54,758 nucleotides of DNA from an uncultured Bdellovibrionales bacterium (GTDB lineage Bacteria; Patescibacteriota; Minisyncoccia; Moranbacterales; UBA1568), in NCBI GenBank assembly GCA_964385515.1, contig CAYLPD010000002.1:1-54758 (forward strand). Direction: 5' to 3'. The notes under the pieces were generated by a model. That model saw nothing but the letters and a program-made list of their open reading frames with translations. It searched no databases and had not been told where the DNA came from. The stretch's first letter is position 1. Each line of letters begins with the position of its first letter. Positions 1-11,976 of the stretch are shown here, piece by piece. The position numbers and the translations under genes were made by a program.

Positions 1-1
1 C

Positions 2-121
2 GTCTTCCTCATGATCTTCAAGCTCCTGTCGGCCATCGAACGACTCGAGCAACAAATCACCCTGCTCACGCGGGAAGATACCATCAAGAGGTCTGGAATC
101 ATTGAAAGCAGAACAGAATGA
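2..121 (+). CDS. 3' end of an unidentified upstream CDS (partial at window edge)
   Basis: This frame is open from the window edge to TGA 119-121 (...FKLLSAIERLEQQITLLTREDTIKRSGIIESRTE*). The stop overlaps the next start as ATGA (118-121). Too short to name. Confidence 0.3.
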   Translation, partial: VFLMIFKLLSAIERLEQQITLLTREDTIKRSGIIESRTE

Positions 122-1266
122 GACTCCTCGTCTTCTCCCCATACTATCCGCCGCATATCGGCGGGCTGGAAACTCACAGCAATGAGTTCAATAAGTATCT
201 GGCCCTGAACGGAGCAGATATTGTCGTTTTTACGCCGAACATCCCGACACTGACGGACTGCGAAGAAACCACTTATGATCGTGTGAGAATCGTCCGGTAT
301 CCGGCATTCGAAATTATCCCCAATTACCCCGTTCCAAAATTCTGGGATTTCGGATTCTGGAAATTATTCATTACTTTATCCCGCGCTGATTTTGATATTG
401 TCATCTCCCGAACGCGTTTCTTCCTCTCATCATTGCTCGCACTCGCATATGCGAAATCGCAGCGAGTCCCGCTGATCCATATCGAGCACGGATCAGATTT
501 TGTCCGGCTCTCCAGCCGATTCAAGACGTTCTTCGCCAAAATGTACGACCGGTCATTCGGCCGGCTCGTGTTCCGCTCTTCCAACATCAACATCTCCATC
601 TCAAAAGCCGTTCAGAAATTCGTAGAGCGGTTCGATGAACGCGAATCCCCGGTCATCTATCGCGGACTTGATTTCGATGCCATCGATGCAACGACAGTCC
701 ACCCGTCCCTACGAAGCAGATTCCCAAACAAAATCCTCCTCGTCACCGCTGCCCGCCTCTACAAATGGAAAGGGATCGAACACGTCATCGGAGCGATCCA
801 CCGCCTGCCAGAAGAGCTCCGGTCGAAAATCACGTACCTGATCATCGGTGACGGAGAGGACTTCCATCGGCTGGAAAAACTCTCTCAAGGACTTCCAGTT
901 GAAATGCTGGGGAAACTCGAGCGCCCAGAGGTCATCGGTATTCTCAAGGCAAGCGATATCTATATCCACTCCTCTCTCCCCGGTGGTGGACTTTCTACCT
1001 CCCTCCTGGAAGCGATGTACTGCGATTGTGCCGTCATCGCGACTCCGAATGAGGGGGCAGATGAAATTATCAGCCATAACGATAACGGCATGCTCATAGG
1101 GTCGCCGTCGGCAGAAGAAATCAAGAAGGTCCTCCAGGGGCTCATCCCGGACGAAAAAAATCGGAAAAGACTCTCGACTGCGGCCAAGGAAAGCGTGCGC
1201 GAACGATTCTCTTGGAACGCTTCGATAGAGAAATATCTCAGAATACTCAAAATGCTGCAGAAATGA
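118..1266 (+). CDS. Glycosyltransferase, GT-B fold (family 4-like)
   Basis: 382-aa ORF. N-terminus is LVFSPYYPPHIGGLETH. C-terminal motif is GGGLSTSLLEAMYCDCAVIATPNEGADEII, typical of GT4/GT1 enzymes. Confidence 0.85.
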   Translation: MRLLVFSPYYPPHIGGLETHSNEFNKYLALNGADIVVFTPNIPTLTDCEETTYDRVRIVRYPAFEIIPNYPVPKFWDFGFWKLFITLSRADFDIVISRTRFFLSSLLALAYAKSQRVPLIHIEHGSDFVRLSSRFKTFFAKMYDRSFGRLVFRSSNINISISKAVQKFVERFDERESPVIYRGLDFDAIDATTVHPSLRSRFPNKILLVTAARLYKWKGIEHVIGAIHRLPEELRSKITYLIIGDGEDFHRLEKLSQGLPVEMLGKLERPEVIGILKASDIYIHSSLPGGGLSTSLLEAMYCDCAVIATPNEGADEIISHNDNGMLIGSPSAEEIKKVLQGLIPDEKNRKRLSTAAKESVRERFSWNASIEKYLRILKMLQK

Positions 1267-3326
1267 AAATCGGATACATCCCCCTCAATCTCTCGACGGT
1301 CGCCCTCTTCCTGCTGGGACTTTCACTCGAGCACTGGCTCGATTTCTCGTTCCTGCTCGTTACCACGGGCCTATCCTATCTGTTGCTCGTGATTCCGTTC
1401 ACTCTGCTCCAGCTTCTCAAAAACACCCGCCTCTCACTTATCGAGCAGTATTTCGCCTGTCTCGTTGTATTCTTCTTCGTCTACGTTCCGGCATTCTTCT
1501 TCCTCAACGAGTGGTTCGGGATCAGAATCGCTCCTAGCAATATCCTGCTTGCGAATATCGGTATTTTCATCACCGTGCTGATACTGAAAAAATTCGATTC
1601 TGGAACGCCGATCGCCGTTTCGTTTAACGGAATTTTTCAGATGGAGCGCATACTGCCGGTCGCTGCGCTATTCTTCTTCATCATGATCCATGCGGTGAAT
1701 TTCTCCCTCTATGTCTTCATGCCCGAATGGGATGGCTACGCGGATCTTGAGAAAATTTCTCGGACCATCGAAACCGGGTCCGTCGTCCAAGGATACCGCG
1801 GGTTCTTCTATACAGCGACAGCCATCCTCTCCGCCTTCGCCCGTATCGCGCCATATGACCTGTTCACCATCGTATTCATCGGGCTTCAGGCAACTCTGAT
1901 CCTCGTTCTCTATCGGCTCATCCAGCTATCTGATATCCGGCATAGCCTCCTTGCGGCTTCGCTATATCTCTTGCCGCTCTCGATCCCCGTTTTGAACATG
2001 GAGATCGACATGACCCGTCCGCAGAATATCGTCATCATCTTTCTCCCGATCTTCCTCTACTTCCTCTCGAGATTCATCGAGGAGAAACAACCCGTCTTCC
2101 TCGTCTTCACCTCGCTCATTGCTGTATTCGGCGCGAACTACCACGAATTTTTCATTTTTCTCATCCTCACTTACTCGATCTGGCTCATTTTCACCGTCCT
2201 GAGGAAAGTATTCTCTGAAACAGGAAAAGACCGTACCATTCACACCCTTATCCTGGCCTGCATTGCGCTCGCCGGAGCAGCAGCATGGCAGTCGGCTGGA
2301 TTCCTCCGCTATACGACATCGACGCTCCAAAAGATCATCTCTCAGGTCGCCGATATTTCCGAATGGAAGCTCTGGTTTCTCGATCAGTATGCGAGCGACG
2401 GCGCGGTTCTGCAGATGGGATGGGCAGGTCTAGAAGGTGCGGCGAAGTACTACGCCTATTACCTCAGTCCAGCCGCGGCGCTTCTTCTTGGCATTCTTGC
2501 TGTACTCCTGTTCACAAAGAACGGCGACGAAATTGCCAAGAATGCCCTCATCAAAGCGTCTCTTCCGCTCGTCATAATCTTCCTTCTCTTTTCAGAGGTC
2601 CTCCCCCGACTCAATTACCTCTACCTTCCGGAACGATTCTGGCTGCTCATCGACATCGGACTCGTGCTCCTCGCCGTTCCGCTCGCCAGCCACATCGCCG
2701 CTCGTTTCGAACGCATGATCAACTTGTTCTGTGTCGCCCTCGTTTTTTTCTCTCTGATCGGCCTCAGCGGATCATTCTATGTGGCTTCCGGGAAAAAAGC
2801 CCTGACTTCTCCGGACGAATACCAGGCCGCCCTTTGGATCCGAGACAACACCCCTCCGGATGCGCTCTTCATCACCCAGGCCGCCAACGGAATCATGGTG
2901 GAGTTCTTCGCCAAGCGGAAAACACTCCCGACAGATCCGGAATATTTCCTCTCAGAACACCTTCTCGAACAGAATCCTGAGGCCGAGATTATAAAGCTTC
3001 GATCGAAGCTCAATCATGAACTCTCGGAAACAGATACACTCGTCGAAGAGTATACATCGAATCGGATAGGCTTCATCGAATTCGCCGACAGGATACAGGA
3101 GAAAAAAGCGCTTCTCAAATCAGCTCGCAAGGAGATAGAAGGCTGGGAAAAAGTCATCGGACAGTCGCGCTACATTGTCTACTCTCTCGACAAATTTGAT
3201 ACGATCTACCGCGAGCGGGAATGGTGGATGCGCGCCAATGCGTACGGCGCGGACTTCGAAAAATTCAACCGGGCGTATCTGCTTGTATATGCCAAAAATG
3301 GCGTATATATTTGGAAGGTGCGCTAA
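1263..3326 (+). CDS. Large polytopic membrane protein, possible glycan polymerase or GT-C-like enzyme
   Basis: The ORF track frame is 1212-3326. I prefer ATG 1263 (MKIGYIPLN...) because it overlaps the upstream stop as ATGA. There are many hydrophobic helices, then a charged soluble C-terminal part (EAEIIKLRSKLNHELSE...YIWKVR). I can name no diagnostic motif. Confidence 0.6.
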   Translation: MKIGYIPLNLSTVALFLLGLSLEHWLDFSFLLVTTGLSYLLLVIPFTLLQLLKNTRLSLIEQYFACLVVFFFVYVPAFFFLNEWFGIRIAPSNILLANIGIFITVLILKKFDSGTPIAVSFNGIFQMERILPVAALFFFIMIHAVNFSLYVFMPEWDGYADLEKISRTIETGSVVQGYRGFFYTATAILSAFARIAPYDLFTIVFIGLQATLILVLYRLIQLSDIRHSLLAASLYLLPLSIPVLNMEIDMTRPQNIVIIFLPIFLYFLSRFIEEKQPVFLVFTSLIAVFGANYHEFFIFLILTYSIWLIFTVLRKVFSETGKDRTIHTLILACIALAGAAAWQSAGFLRYTTSTLQKIISQVADISEWKLWFLDQYASDGAVLQMGWAGLEGAAKYYAYYLSPAAALLLGILAVLLFTKNGDEIAKNALIKASLPLVIIFLLFSEVLPRLNYLYLPERFWLLIDIGLVLLAVPLASHIAARFERMINLFCVALVFFSLIGLSGSFYVASGKKALTSPDEYQAALWIRDNTPPDALFITQAANGIMVEFFAKRKTLPTDPEYFLSEHLLEQNPEAEIIKLRSKLNHELSETDTLVEEYTSNRIGFIEFADRIQEKKALLKSARKEIEGWEKVIGQSRYIVYSLDKFDTIYREREWWMRANAYGADFEKFNRAYLLVYAKNGVYIWKVR

Positions 3327-3339
3327 ATAAGGAACCCCT

Positions 3340-5229
<1,890 letters not shown>

Positions 5230-5232
5230 CCT

Positions 5233-6339
5233 ATGCTAGAAAAGAAGAAAATCCTCCATCTCATCACCGGACTTGAAATCGGCGGTGCGGAAATGATGCT
5301 CCTGAAGACTTTGCCCCATCTGCAAAACGACTTCGATAATCGAGTATGTTGCATCCGCGGACACGGACCGATAGGAAAGCAACTAGAGGTTGCCGGCATT
5401 TCGGTCCTCTACCTTGATCTAAAGCTGATATCCGTACCTGTTGCAATCCTCCGTTTTTGGCGTATCGTTGAAGAATTCAGTCCGGATATACTGGTCACTT
5501 ATCTCATCCATGCCGATCTCTTTGGTCGAATATTAGGCCGCCTATTTGGAATTAAAAAGATTGTTTGCAACCAGCGCGGAAAACTCCTTCAGTGGGAATT
5601 CCTCCGTTTTTTCGACCGCGCTACAAAATTTTTCGTCACAAAATACATTGTTCAGACTGAAATTACAAAGAATGAGCTCATGGGAAAACTCCGCCTCCCT
5701 GATGAAAAATTCGTAGTGATTCCTAATGCTATCAATGTTTCAGAATTCAATTTCGAAGTAGATAGTGCTAAAAAGCGTGCAGAAATCGGATTAGGGAGCA
5801 ACGACATGATCATTATCTGCGTCAGTAAGCTTCGTCGCGGCAAAGGTCATGAGTACCTCCTCGAAGCCTTCGAGAGTATCTCCCAACGCCATCACAATAC
5901 TCACCTCCTTATAGTCGGGGATGGGGAAAGGAGGGGCGAGCTCATGCACCAGATCGGTACCTACCAATCTAAGTCCAATGTTCACTTTCTTGGAAATCGT
6001 AACGATGTCAAAGAGCTTTTGAAAATTTCCAACGTCTTTGTACTTGCAACAGAAGGCGAAGGAATGAGTAATGCCATTATGGAAGCGATGGCCTCCAGCC
6101 TCCCGATCATCACGACGGATATCCCGGAAAACCGTAAACTCATTAGGCATGGAGATACCGGAATTCTTGTTCCGAAGAAAGACTCTCTGTCCATAGCGAC
6201 ATCCGTGGAATCGTTCCTCAACGGAGAGAAAAATCTCTCATTGCTCGCCGGAAACGCGAAGCGACGTGTCGCCACTGACTTCGATATGCCGGTTATAATC
6301 AGAAGGATTGTCGCTCTTTACGACCAATTGCTCGCCTGA
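5233..6339 (+). CDS. Glycosyltransferase, GT-B fold (family 4-like)
   Basis: N-terminus is ILHLITGLEIGGAEMML. C-terminal motif is ATEGEGMSNAIMEAMASSLPIITTDIPENRKLIRHGDTGILV. It starts 3 nt after the asnB stop. Confidence 0.85.
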   Translation: MLEKKKILHLITGLEIGGAEMMLLKTLPHLQNDFDNRVCCIRGHGPIGKQLEVAGISVLYLDLKLISVPVAILRFWRIVEEFSPDILVTYLIHADLFGRILGRLFGIKKIVCNQRGKLLQWEFLRFFDRATKFFVTKYIVQTEITKNELMGKLRLPDEKFVVIPNAINVSEFNFEVDSAKKRAEIGLGSNDMIIICVSKLRRGKGHEYLLEAFESISQRHHNTHLLIVGDGERRGELMHQIGTYQSKSNVHFLGNRNDVKELLKISNVFVLATEGEGMSNAIMEAMASSLPIITTDIPENRKLIRHGDTGILVPKKDSLSIATSVESFLNGEKNLSLLAGNAKRRVATDFDMPVIIRRIVALYDQLLA

Positions 6340-7414
6340 TAACGCCGGACCAAATCAGAAAGACAGCCTTGATCGAATAGCGGTCCACGACGCGCTCACG
6401 CCCTTTTTCAGAGAAAAGGTCTGCTATGCCGGAATCGTTCCGGATGATTTTTGACATCTTTTCCTCCCACTCCGCATCACCCTTCGCCAGGAACCCGGAT
6501 ACCCCGTCCTGCACTATCTCGTTATTCGCGCCGACGGCGGAAGCGACGACCGGGACCCCTGTCGCCATATACTGGAGGATCTTGAATCCGCATTTTCCTC
6601 TCGTCCACTTGTCATCGGCAAGCGGCATAAGGCCGAGATCGAAGCTTTGGAGATCGGACACCTCGTTTTCCGCCGACCATTTCCTGAACTCTGTCGGTAT
6701 AGCATCGGAAAACTCCTCCTGAAAAAGAAACCTTTCTGTGACTATCCTGAGGATCGCCTCAGGATGCTTTTTCCGGATTTTCTTGAAGACCCACCCGAGT
6801 GAAAGGAGGTATTTGAGGTTTCCCGATGTCCCCATCCACCCGATGACAAAACAGCCATTCGTTCCCGCGGCCTGGGTTTTCGGAACATACTTATCGGTAT
6901 CCAGCACGGTCGGGATTATTGTCACGTTTTTGTTATATTTTTCAGCATATTCAGCGAGATAGCCATTGCCGCAAATCACCTCGCGGCTCATCCGTATTGT
7001 TTCGGCAACCGTATCCTTCCTCGTGAGATATCTTCCGATAGGGCTGCTGATTTCTTCCTTATACAGGAAGATGGAATCGTCAAAATCGAAAACGATGTTC
7101 TTATTGAGAAGATGAACGAAACGTTCAAGGAAAACGATGTTGTAAGGAAGCAGTTCCCGCTGGATAAACACCGCATCCGCGAACAATACCGCCGGCAACT
7201 GTAAAATCCGGACAAGCGCCTTGACCAGCGAGAGGACGGTAAACAATGCAACAGACAGTGCCCTGCTGCTGGAAGAGACATTGAAGTATTTGGACGGCCA
7301 CGACGGAAGCTCGAGGCAACGTACGCCTTCTTTCTTCAATAAACCGAGGAAGTGTTCGACGCGGAATCGGCGAGCCGGGACATGCTTGCCTTCAGTAAAA
7401 AATACTACAAGCAT
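6299..7414 (-). CDS. Glycosyltransferase, GT-B fold
   Basis: C-terminal motif is KCGFKILQYMATGVPVVASAVGANNEIVQDGVSGFL. The 3' end overlaps the convergent gene 5233-6339 by 41 nt. Confidence 0.8.
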   Translation of the reverse strand: MLVVFFTEGKHVPARRFRVEHFLGLLKKEGVRCLELPSWPSKYFNVSSSSRALSVALFTVLSLVKALVRILQLPAVLFADAVFIQRELLPYNIVFLERFVHLLNKNIVFDFDDSIFLYKEEISSPIGRYLTRKDTVAETIRMSREVICGNGYLAEYAEKYNKNVTIIPTVLDTDKYVPKTQAAGTNGCFVIGWMGTSGNLKYLLSLGWVFKKIRKKHPEAILRIVTERFLFQEEFSDAIPTEFRKWSAENEVSDLQSFDLGLMPLADDKWTRGKCGFKILQYMATGVPVVASAVGANNEIVQDGVSGFLAKGDAEWEEKMSKIIRNDSGIADLFSEKGRERVVDRYSIKAVFLIWSGVIRRAIGRKERQSF

Positions 7415-8538
7415 AGTGCTTCAGAAAGAATTTTCTTGAAATCGGCAATATTCCTCGAAACATCAAATCGCTGCCGCGCAAAAGACCTAGCGCTGCCAGA
7501 CATCCGCTTCCGCCGCTCCTCATCTTCCAAGAGATGAGCCAATTCGCTTGCCAATACGTTTTTGTCGTTATCACAGAAGACCCCAAGACCATATTCCGTC
7601 AGGATGCCGTCAGGATTGACATTGAGCGAAAGGATCGGGACAGCGAAAATGGCCGCTTGCACGAACGTATTCGGAAAACCCTCATATGCGGACGTATTGA
7701 TAAACAGCTTTGCCCCAAGGAAAAGCTCGTCCACTCCATGGAATGGGACTCCTGGAATGAAACGTACGTTATCAATGTCTCTCGCTTCCTGTTCGATATT
7801 CGAAAAGATCTTTTCGTCATGCTTTTGCAAGACAAGAACGAAGCTCTCTTGCGGAAAACGCCTTGCTAAATCGAGAAAAATCTCCGGTTGCTTCAAAGAA
7901 TATGACGATCCTACCCACAGAATGCTATGTTCCCTGCCACCCACAGCTTCCTTCATAGGAAATGAGTTCTGTACCTTCCATGATCGTATGTCCATCTCTT
8001 CCAAGATATCCCCCTGGAAAGAGTTCTGGAACGTAACCCCATCCGCCAGTCTCAAGGCTAATGAGTGCGATGCTGATTCGAAGAAGCGGCTCCTTTTCCG
8101 GTACTCACCGCTCACATCACTATCAGATGCGATCATATGGATGAACTTCTTTCCGAAGATCATCGAGAGCACCCCCGCCTCAAGGGAAATCGGCCCCGAT
8201 GCACCGCGATCAATATAAACATCGGCATCGATCCTCTTGAAGAGGCTGCCCAGCACGAAAAAACCCAACAGGCCACTCAGCAATCCCCTCTTTTTCGGCT
8301 TCATGGACTTCCAAACGGTTACCCCATCGATGATTTCCTTCTCCGACTGACCGAAATCACCCACGACAAAATGCACTTCGTACTCCCCATCGCTAGCGAA
8401 AGCCGTCGCCCAATTATAGAGCTGCACATCCAATCCAGTTATCGGAAGATCATTCCGGTCGCGGTGAAACAAGGCGTACGTGTACGTCGCTACGAAGCAT
8501 ATCTTCTTCTTTCTGCCGCCCTTGGACATACGCCTCAT
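7405..8538 (-). CDS. Glycosyltransferase, GT-B fold
   Basis: Motif is NTSAYEGFPNTFVQAAIFAVPILSLNVNPDGIL. It overlaps the downstream GT by 10 nt and the upstream methyltransferase stop by 1 nt (TAATG). Confidence 0.8.
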   Translation of the reverse strand: MRRMSKGGRKKKICFVATYTYALFHRDRNDLPITGLDVQLYNWATAFASDGEYEVHFVVGDFGQSEKEIIDGVTVWKSMKPKKRGLLSGLLGFFVLGSLFKRIDADVYIDRGASGPISLEAGVLSMIFGKKFIHMIASDSDVSGEYRKRSRFFESASHSLALRLADGVTFQNSFQGDILEEMDIRSWKVQNSFPMKEAVGGREHSILWVGSSYSLKQPEIFLDLARRFPQESFVLVLQKHDEKIFSNIEQEARDIDNVRFIPGVPFHGVDELFLGAKLFINTSAYEGFPNTFVQAAIFAVPILSLNVNPDGILTEYGLGVFCDNDKNVLASELAHLLEDEERRKRMSGSARSFARQRFDVSRNIADFKKILSEALCL

Positions 8539-9101
8539 TATTTCACGACTCGGAGCTTGACACGCAGATCTGTTGCAGGAAACACCCTCAGAAAAGAATT
8601 CTCATAGAAATCCGGAAAATAGTTGAATGCGAGCTCGAAAAACGCCTTGAACGGATGTTTAAGGTAATCATATACATCCTTCGGTGTCCTCACGAAACAG
8701 ATTTTTTTCCTTATGATTTCGAAATCATTCTGGAAATCATAGCTTGGAAAGGCCGGGTTCCTGGTGAAGTACTCGAAAGAATTGTATGAAAAAAATCGTC
8801 GATGCGTCGGGTCCTGGAATGCGCCTATGCCATTGCAGTGAGGAACGATGATTTCGATGATGGCCCCATCCGAACAGATCCGGTGGAACTCCCTCATGAG
8901 CCCGGAGAGGTTTCCTATGTGTTCGAGAACATTCGAACAATAGATCATATCGACGGAAGAATCTTCGAACGGGAGGCTCCCGCCTTCGAGATCGCATACA
9001 TAATCGACCGCTCCCCCCGAGAGAATATCCACTCCCTTGTACCCTGACAGCCGGTGATCGCCGCATCCGATATTGAGCTTCAAATGAGTATTGTCAGACA
9101 T
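8538..9101 (-). CDS. Class I SAM-dependent methyltransferase
   Basis: Motif I is LNIGCGDHRLSGYKGVDI. The post-motif is MIYCSNVLEHI. Length is 187 aa. Confidence 0.8.
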   Translation of the reverse strand: MSDNTHLKLNIGCGDHRLSGYKGVDILSGGAVDYVCDLEGGSLPFEDSSVDMIYCSNVLEHIGNLSGLMREFHRICSDGAIIEIIVPHCNGIGAFQDPTHRRFFSYNSFEYFTRNPAFPSYDFQNDFEIIRKKICFVRTPKDVYDYLKHPFKAFFELAFNYFPDFYENSFLRVFPATDLRVKLRVVK

Positions 9102-9125
9102 ATAAAATTCGTACCCTATTGTTTC

Positions 9126-10445
9126 TTATTCCTTGCGATTTTCTAGTAACCGATTCAGGAAATATCTATTGATAAAGGCAAACAGGATAAGGCTGGCGAC
9201 AAGGCCGGACATTGCTCCCGGCAAACCATAGCGGACGGTAAAGAAATAAACCGCGGCTACATTCAGGAGCGATGCAAGAATAGTAGCATATGTGCTATAG
9301 AGCATCCCCCTCTTGTCGAATGATGCAAGAAGCCATTGCTTGGTACTGACGAAGAACTGTACGAGAATATACAACGAAAAAAGACCGGCATAGGAATAAT
9401 CAAGACCGTACTTATTACCGAAGAGAGAGAGCGAGAGGCATACGAACACGAATGACGACACCATGAGCAGCGGGGAGATGACGATATAGAGTCTGTTTAT
9501 CTTCCTGTTTATCTCCGCTTTACGAGAGTCATCGATCTTGGACATCGATGGAAAGAACACTGTGATGAAGGTCTGTAGAAAAAAATTCAGGAATATGCCA
9601 GCCGAGTACGCATACGCCGAGTACAGCGCCACCGATTCGATATCGATGAGCCTGTTGATTATGAATTTATCGACATTCCCCAAAAGGAACCCCGATACGC
9701 TTGCTGCGACCATGACAAGACCGTTCTGCAGAAGCGTTTTCCCGGCTTCGCTAGAGACCGAAGACAGGGAAAAATGGCGCCAAACGATCGGGATGCAGAG
9801 CGCGCTGAATACGAGAAATCCGAGACCGAAGGCCAGGAGTGGCACCCAGAAACTGATGAATCCCAGAAGAGCAAGCGCCAGAAATGAACCAAATGCAAAA
9901 GCGGCATAGGCCGTCTCGAATAAGGCGATCTTCCGAAAATCAAGAAACCCTTGCAAGATTGAGCGAAAAACCGAATAGAGGGAAAAGAATACAGTATATA
10001 TGGTCGCGGCAACCATCACATCGTCTTCTATTCCGATCAGGGAGGCGATCTCTTTCGAAAAAATGAGTAGCAAGGGAACGGTTACACCGCTGAAGAAAAA
10101 GGTGAGCGGCAACATTGATGATACGACTTTTCCTGGATCGATCGATTGCTTAGCGATCGCATGGATGCTAGCCGTAGTGAGCCCCATCAGTACCGGTATG
10201 ACAAGAAGGAACGAGGCGCTCAAGGCGAGCTGATACCGCCCATAGTCCCCTACGGAAAGCCATCGGCCGGCCAGTACGTTGAGCAGATAAACCAGCATCC
10301 CGACAGCCACGGTAGCCGCAAAGGTATAATTCAAATTCCCGATGAATCCTTTTGTCTCACCGCTCATCTCATGCCCGAAAATCCGGAGATGAATAATCTC
10401 AGCAATTCGAAACAATTTCTGCTTCAGAACAACAGGATATAACAT
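9126..10445 (-). CDS. wzx: Oligosaccharide / polysaccharide flippase (MOP superfamily, Wzx-like)
   Basis: 439 aa, hydrophobic throughout with roughly 12-14 helices. Position and size are typical of Wzx in glycan loci. The start is uncertain; the alternative is ATG 10367. Confidence 0.7.
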   Translation of the reverse strand: MLYPVVLKQKLFRIAEIIHLRIFGHEMSGETKGFIGNLNYTFAATVAVGMLVYLLNVLAGRWLSVGDYGRYQLALSASFLLVIPVLMGLTTASIHAIAKQSIDPGKVVSSMLPLTFFFSGVTVPLLLIFSKEIASLIGIEDDVMVAATIYTVFFSLYSVFRSILQGFLDFRKIALFETAYAAFAFGSFLALALLGFISFWVPLLAFGLGFLVFSALCIPIVWRHFSLSSVSSEAGKTLLQNGLVMVAASVSGFLLGNVDKFIINRLIDIESVALYSAYAYSAGIFLNFFLQTFITVFFPSMSKIDDSRKAEINRKINRLYIVISPLLMVSSFVFVCLSLSLFGNKYGLDYSYAGLFSLYILVQFFVSTKQWLLASFDKRGMLYSTYATILASLLNVAAVYFFTVRYGLPGAMSGLVASLILFAFINRYFLNRLLENRKE

Positions 10446-10447
10446 AA

Positions 10448-10467
10448 AATGGCTTTTTCAAGCCATT
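10448..10467. promoter_or_regulatory. Perfect 8-bp inverted repeat in a 38-bp divergent intergenic region
   Basis: AATGGCTT-tttc-AAGCCATT lies between the wzx-like start (10445, minus) and the GT-C-like start (10484, plus). It is just upstream of a TATACT hexamer (10472-10477). Confidence 0.4.
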
Positions 10468-10483
10468 CTAGTATACTGCAAAT

Positions 10484-11944
10484 ATGACTTTTCTCAAAGA
10501 ACATGCACCGGCTATTCTCCTCCCAGGAATTCTTTTGATTCTTTTTGCCATTAAGGGAATCTTTTTGAGTCTGCTCATGCCCTGGTTCCAGAGTCCCGAC
10601 GAGCAGATCCACTATGGGACGATCCAGCACTGGGCTGAGCCGGCAGAAAAGACATGGACTATCGTTGAGAAACCACGCGGCTATTCCAATGACCCGCGCG
10701 ATATCCGCACGTTCAATCTCCCGGAAGAGACTACGGCAAGTGCTTTCTCTTCTGGATTCGATGCCGTGAAATTCGAGGAGCAGAACACGCAGGACTTTTC
10801 GGATCCGAACATAGAGGCGGCGATACTCTCGAACAGCTGGAAACGCCACGTTGATACGACGCCCGCAGCTGTTTCCGGTACGAAGTCCGTTTTCTATCTT
10901 GTTGCCTCGTGGCTCGAACGATATTTTGCTGACGAAAGCATCTTCGTCCGCATGTTCTCGGTTCGGCTCCTGGCGGTCGCGTTTGGAGCCCTCACCGTCC
11001 TCTTTGCCTATCTCACTGCTCGGAAGATTGGTTTCTCAACGTACGCCGCCTTCCTCCTCACGACCCTCGTCGCCTTTCAGCCGATGTTCGCCATCACGGC
11101 CGCCCAGGTGAATATCGACATCGCTCTCATCTTCGCCTTTTCTCTCTACCTCTACGCCGGTGTTTCCCTTCTGAGAGATGGGTTGCATTGGGGCTATGTA
11201 TCCCTCGCTCTCGCAGCTGTGGCACTCGGCCTCCTTTCAAAAGGACCCGGCATCGTACTCGTTGCCATGTTCTATCCCCTCTTTGTCTGGAGCGCCCACC
11301 AGAAACTCCGCCTGCCGCTGAAGCGTTTCCTCCCTCTCCTTATCGGCGTAACAGTCATCCTCGCCGGGCTAGCTCTCCTCGCTGTACCCAAAAGCTATTT
11401 CCTCAGCATCACTAACTTTTCCACACAGTCTGCATTCGACTCCCCGCTCGCTTCGATCGGCAAATACCTCGATAAGACCCTCCGAACCGGTGAGCTGCGC
11501 GATACCGCGCTCTCCTACTGGGGACACTTCGGCTGGCTCGATAGCTCGATCCCCGATTGGACCCTCTCGCTCATTATCCTCATCACGCTCGTCGGCTTCG
11601 GTGGGACGCTCTGGTATATTTTCTCAAAACAGGAAAAACCAGCCCATCTCCCTGAGCGGAAATACCTCGTTTTTTTCCTCGGATTAATCGTCTTGCTCCA
11701 ACTCGCCATCCGCTTCTACGATTGGCGGGTCTTCGACGCGACGAGACAGGTACTCATCGGCCAGCCCGGGCGCTATTTCCTCCCCAATCTCATCGGACAT
11801 CTCGCCGTAGTAGTGACTGGGCTCGGTTTCCTGCTCCGTCAGAAAGAACGCTTCACCCTCCTCCTGAAAGTCCTCGTGGGAGCCATGATCCTCCTCCAAG
11901 TCGAAGCGATCGTCAATGTCATCCTCCCGAGATACTACCTGTGA
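10484..11944 (+). CDS. GT-C fold membrane glycosyltransferase (ArnT/PMT family 39/83-like, DUF2142-like N-terminus)
   Basis: The first loop has SPDEQIHYGTIQHW. A later segment, RLLAVAFGALTVLFAYLTARKIGFSTYAAFLLTTLVAFQPMF...NIDIALIF, resembles ArnT/PMT_2 proteins. Hydrophobic helices run throughout. Confidence 0.7.
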   Translation: MTFLKEHAPAILLPGILLILFAIKGIFLSLLMPWFQSPDEQIHYGTIQHWAEPAEKTWTIVEKPRGYSNDPRDIRTFNLPEETTASAFSSGFDAVKFEEQNTQDFSDPNIEAAILSNSWKRHVDTTPAAVSGTKSVFYLVASWLERYFADESIFVRMFSVRLLAVAFGALTVLFAYLTARKIGFSTYAAFLLTTLVAFQPMFAITAAQVNIDIALIFAFSLYLYAGVSLLRDGLHWGYVSLALAAVALGLLSKGPGIVLVAMFYPLFVWSAHQKLRLPLKRFLPLLIGVTVILAGLALLAVPKSYFLSITNFSTQSAFDSPLASIGKYLDKTLRTGELRDTALSYWGHFGWLDSSIPDWTLSLIILITLVGFGGTLWYIFSKQEKPAHLPERKYLVFFLGLIVLLQLAIRFYDWRVFDATRQVLIGQPGRYFLPNLIGHLAVVVTGLGFLLRQKERFTLLLKVLVGAMILLQVEAIVNVILPRYYL

Positions 11945-11976
11945 GGCAGTATCAGACGATATAAGCCTATATCAAT

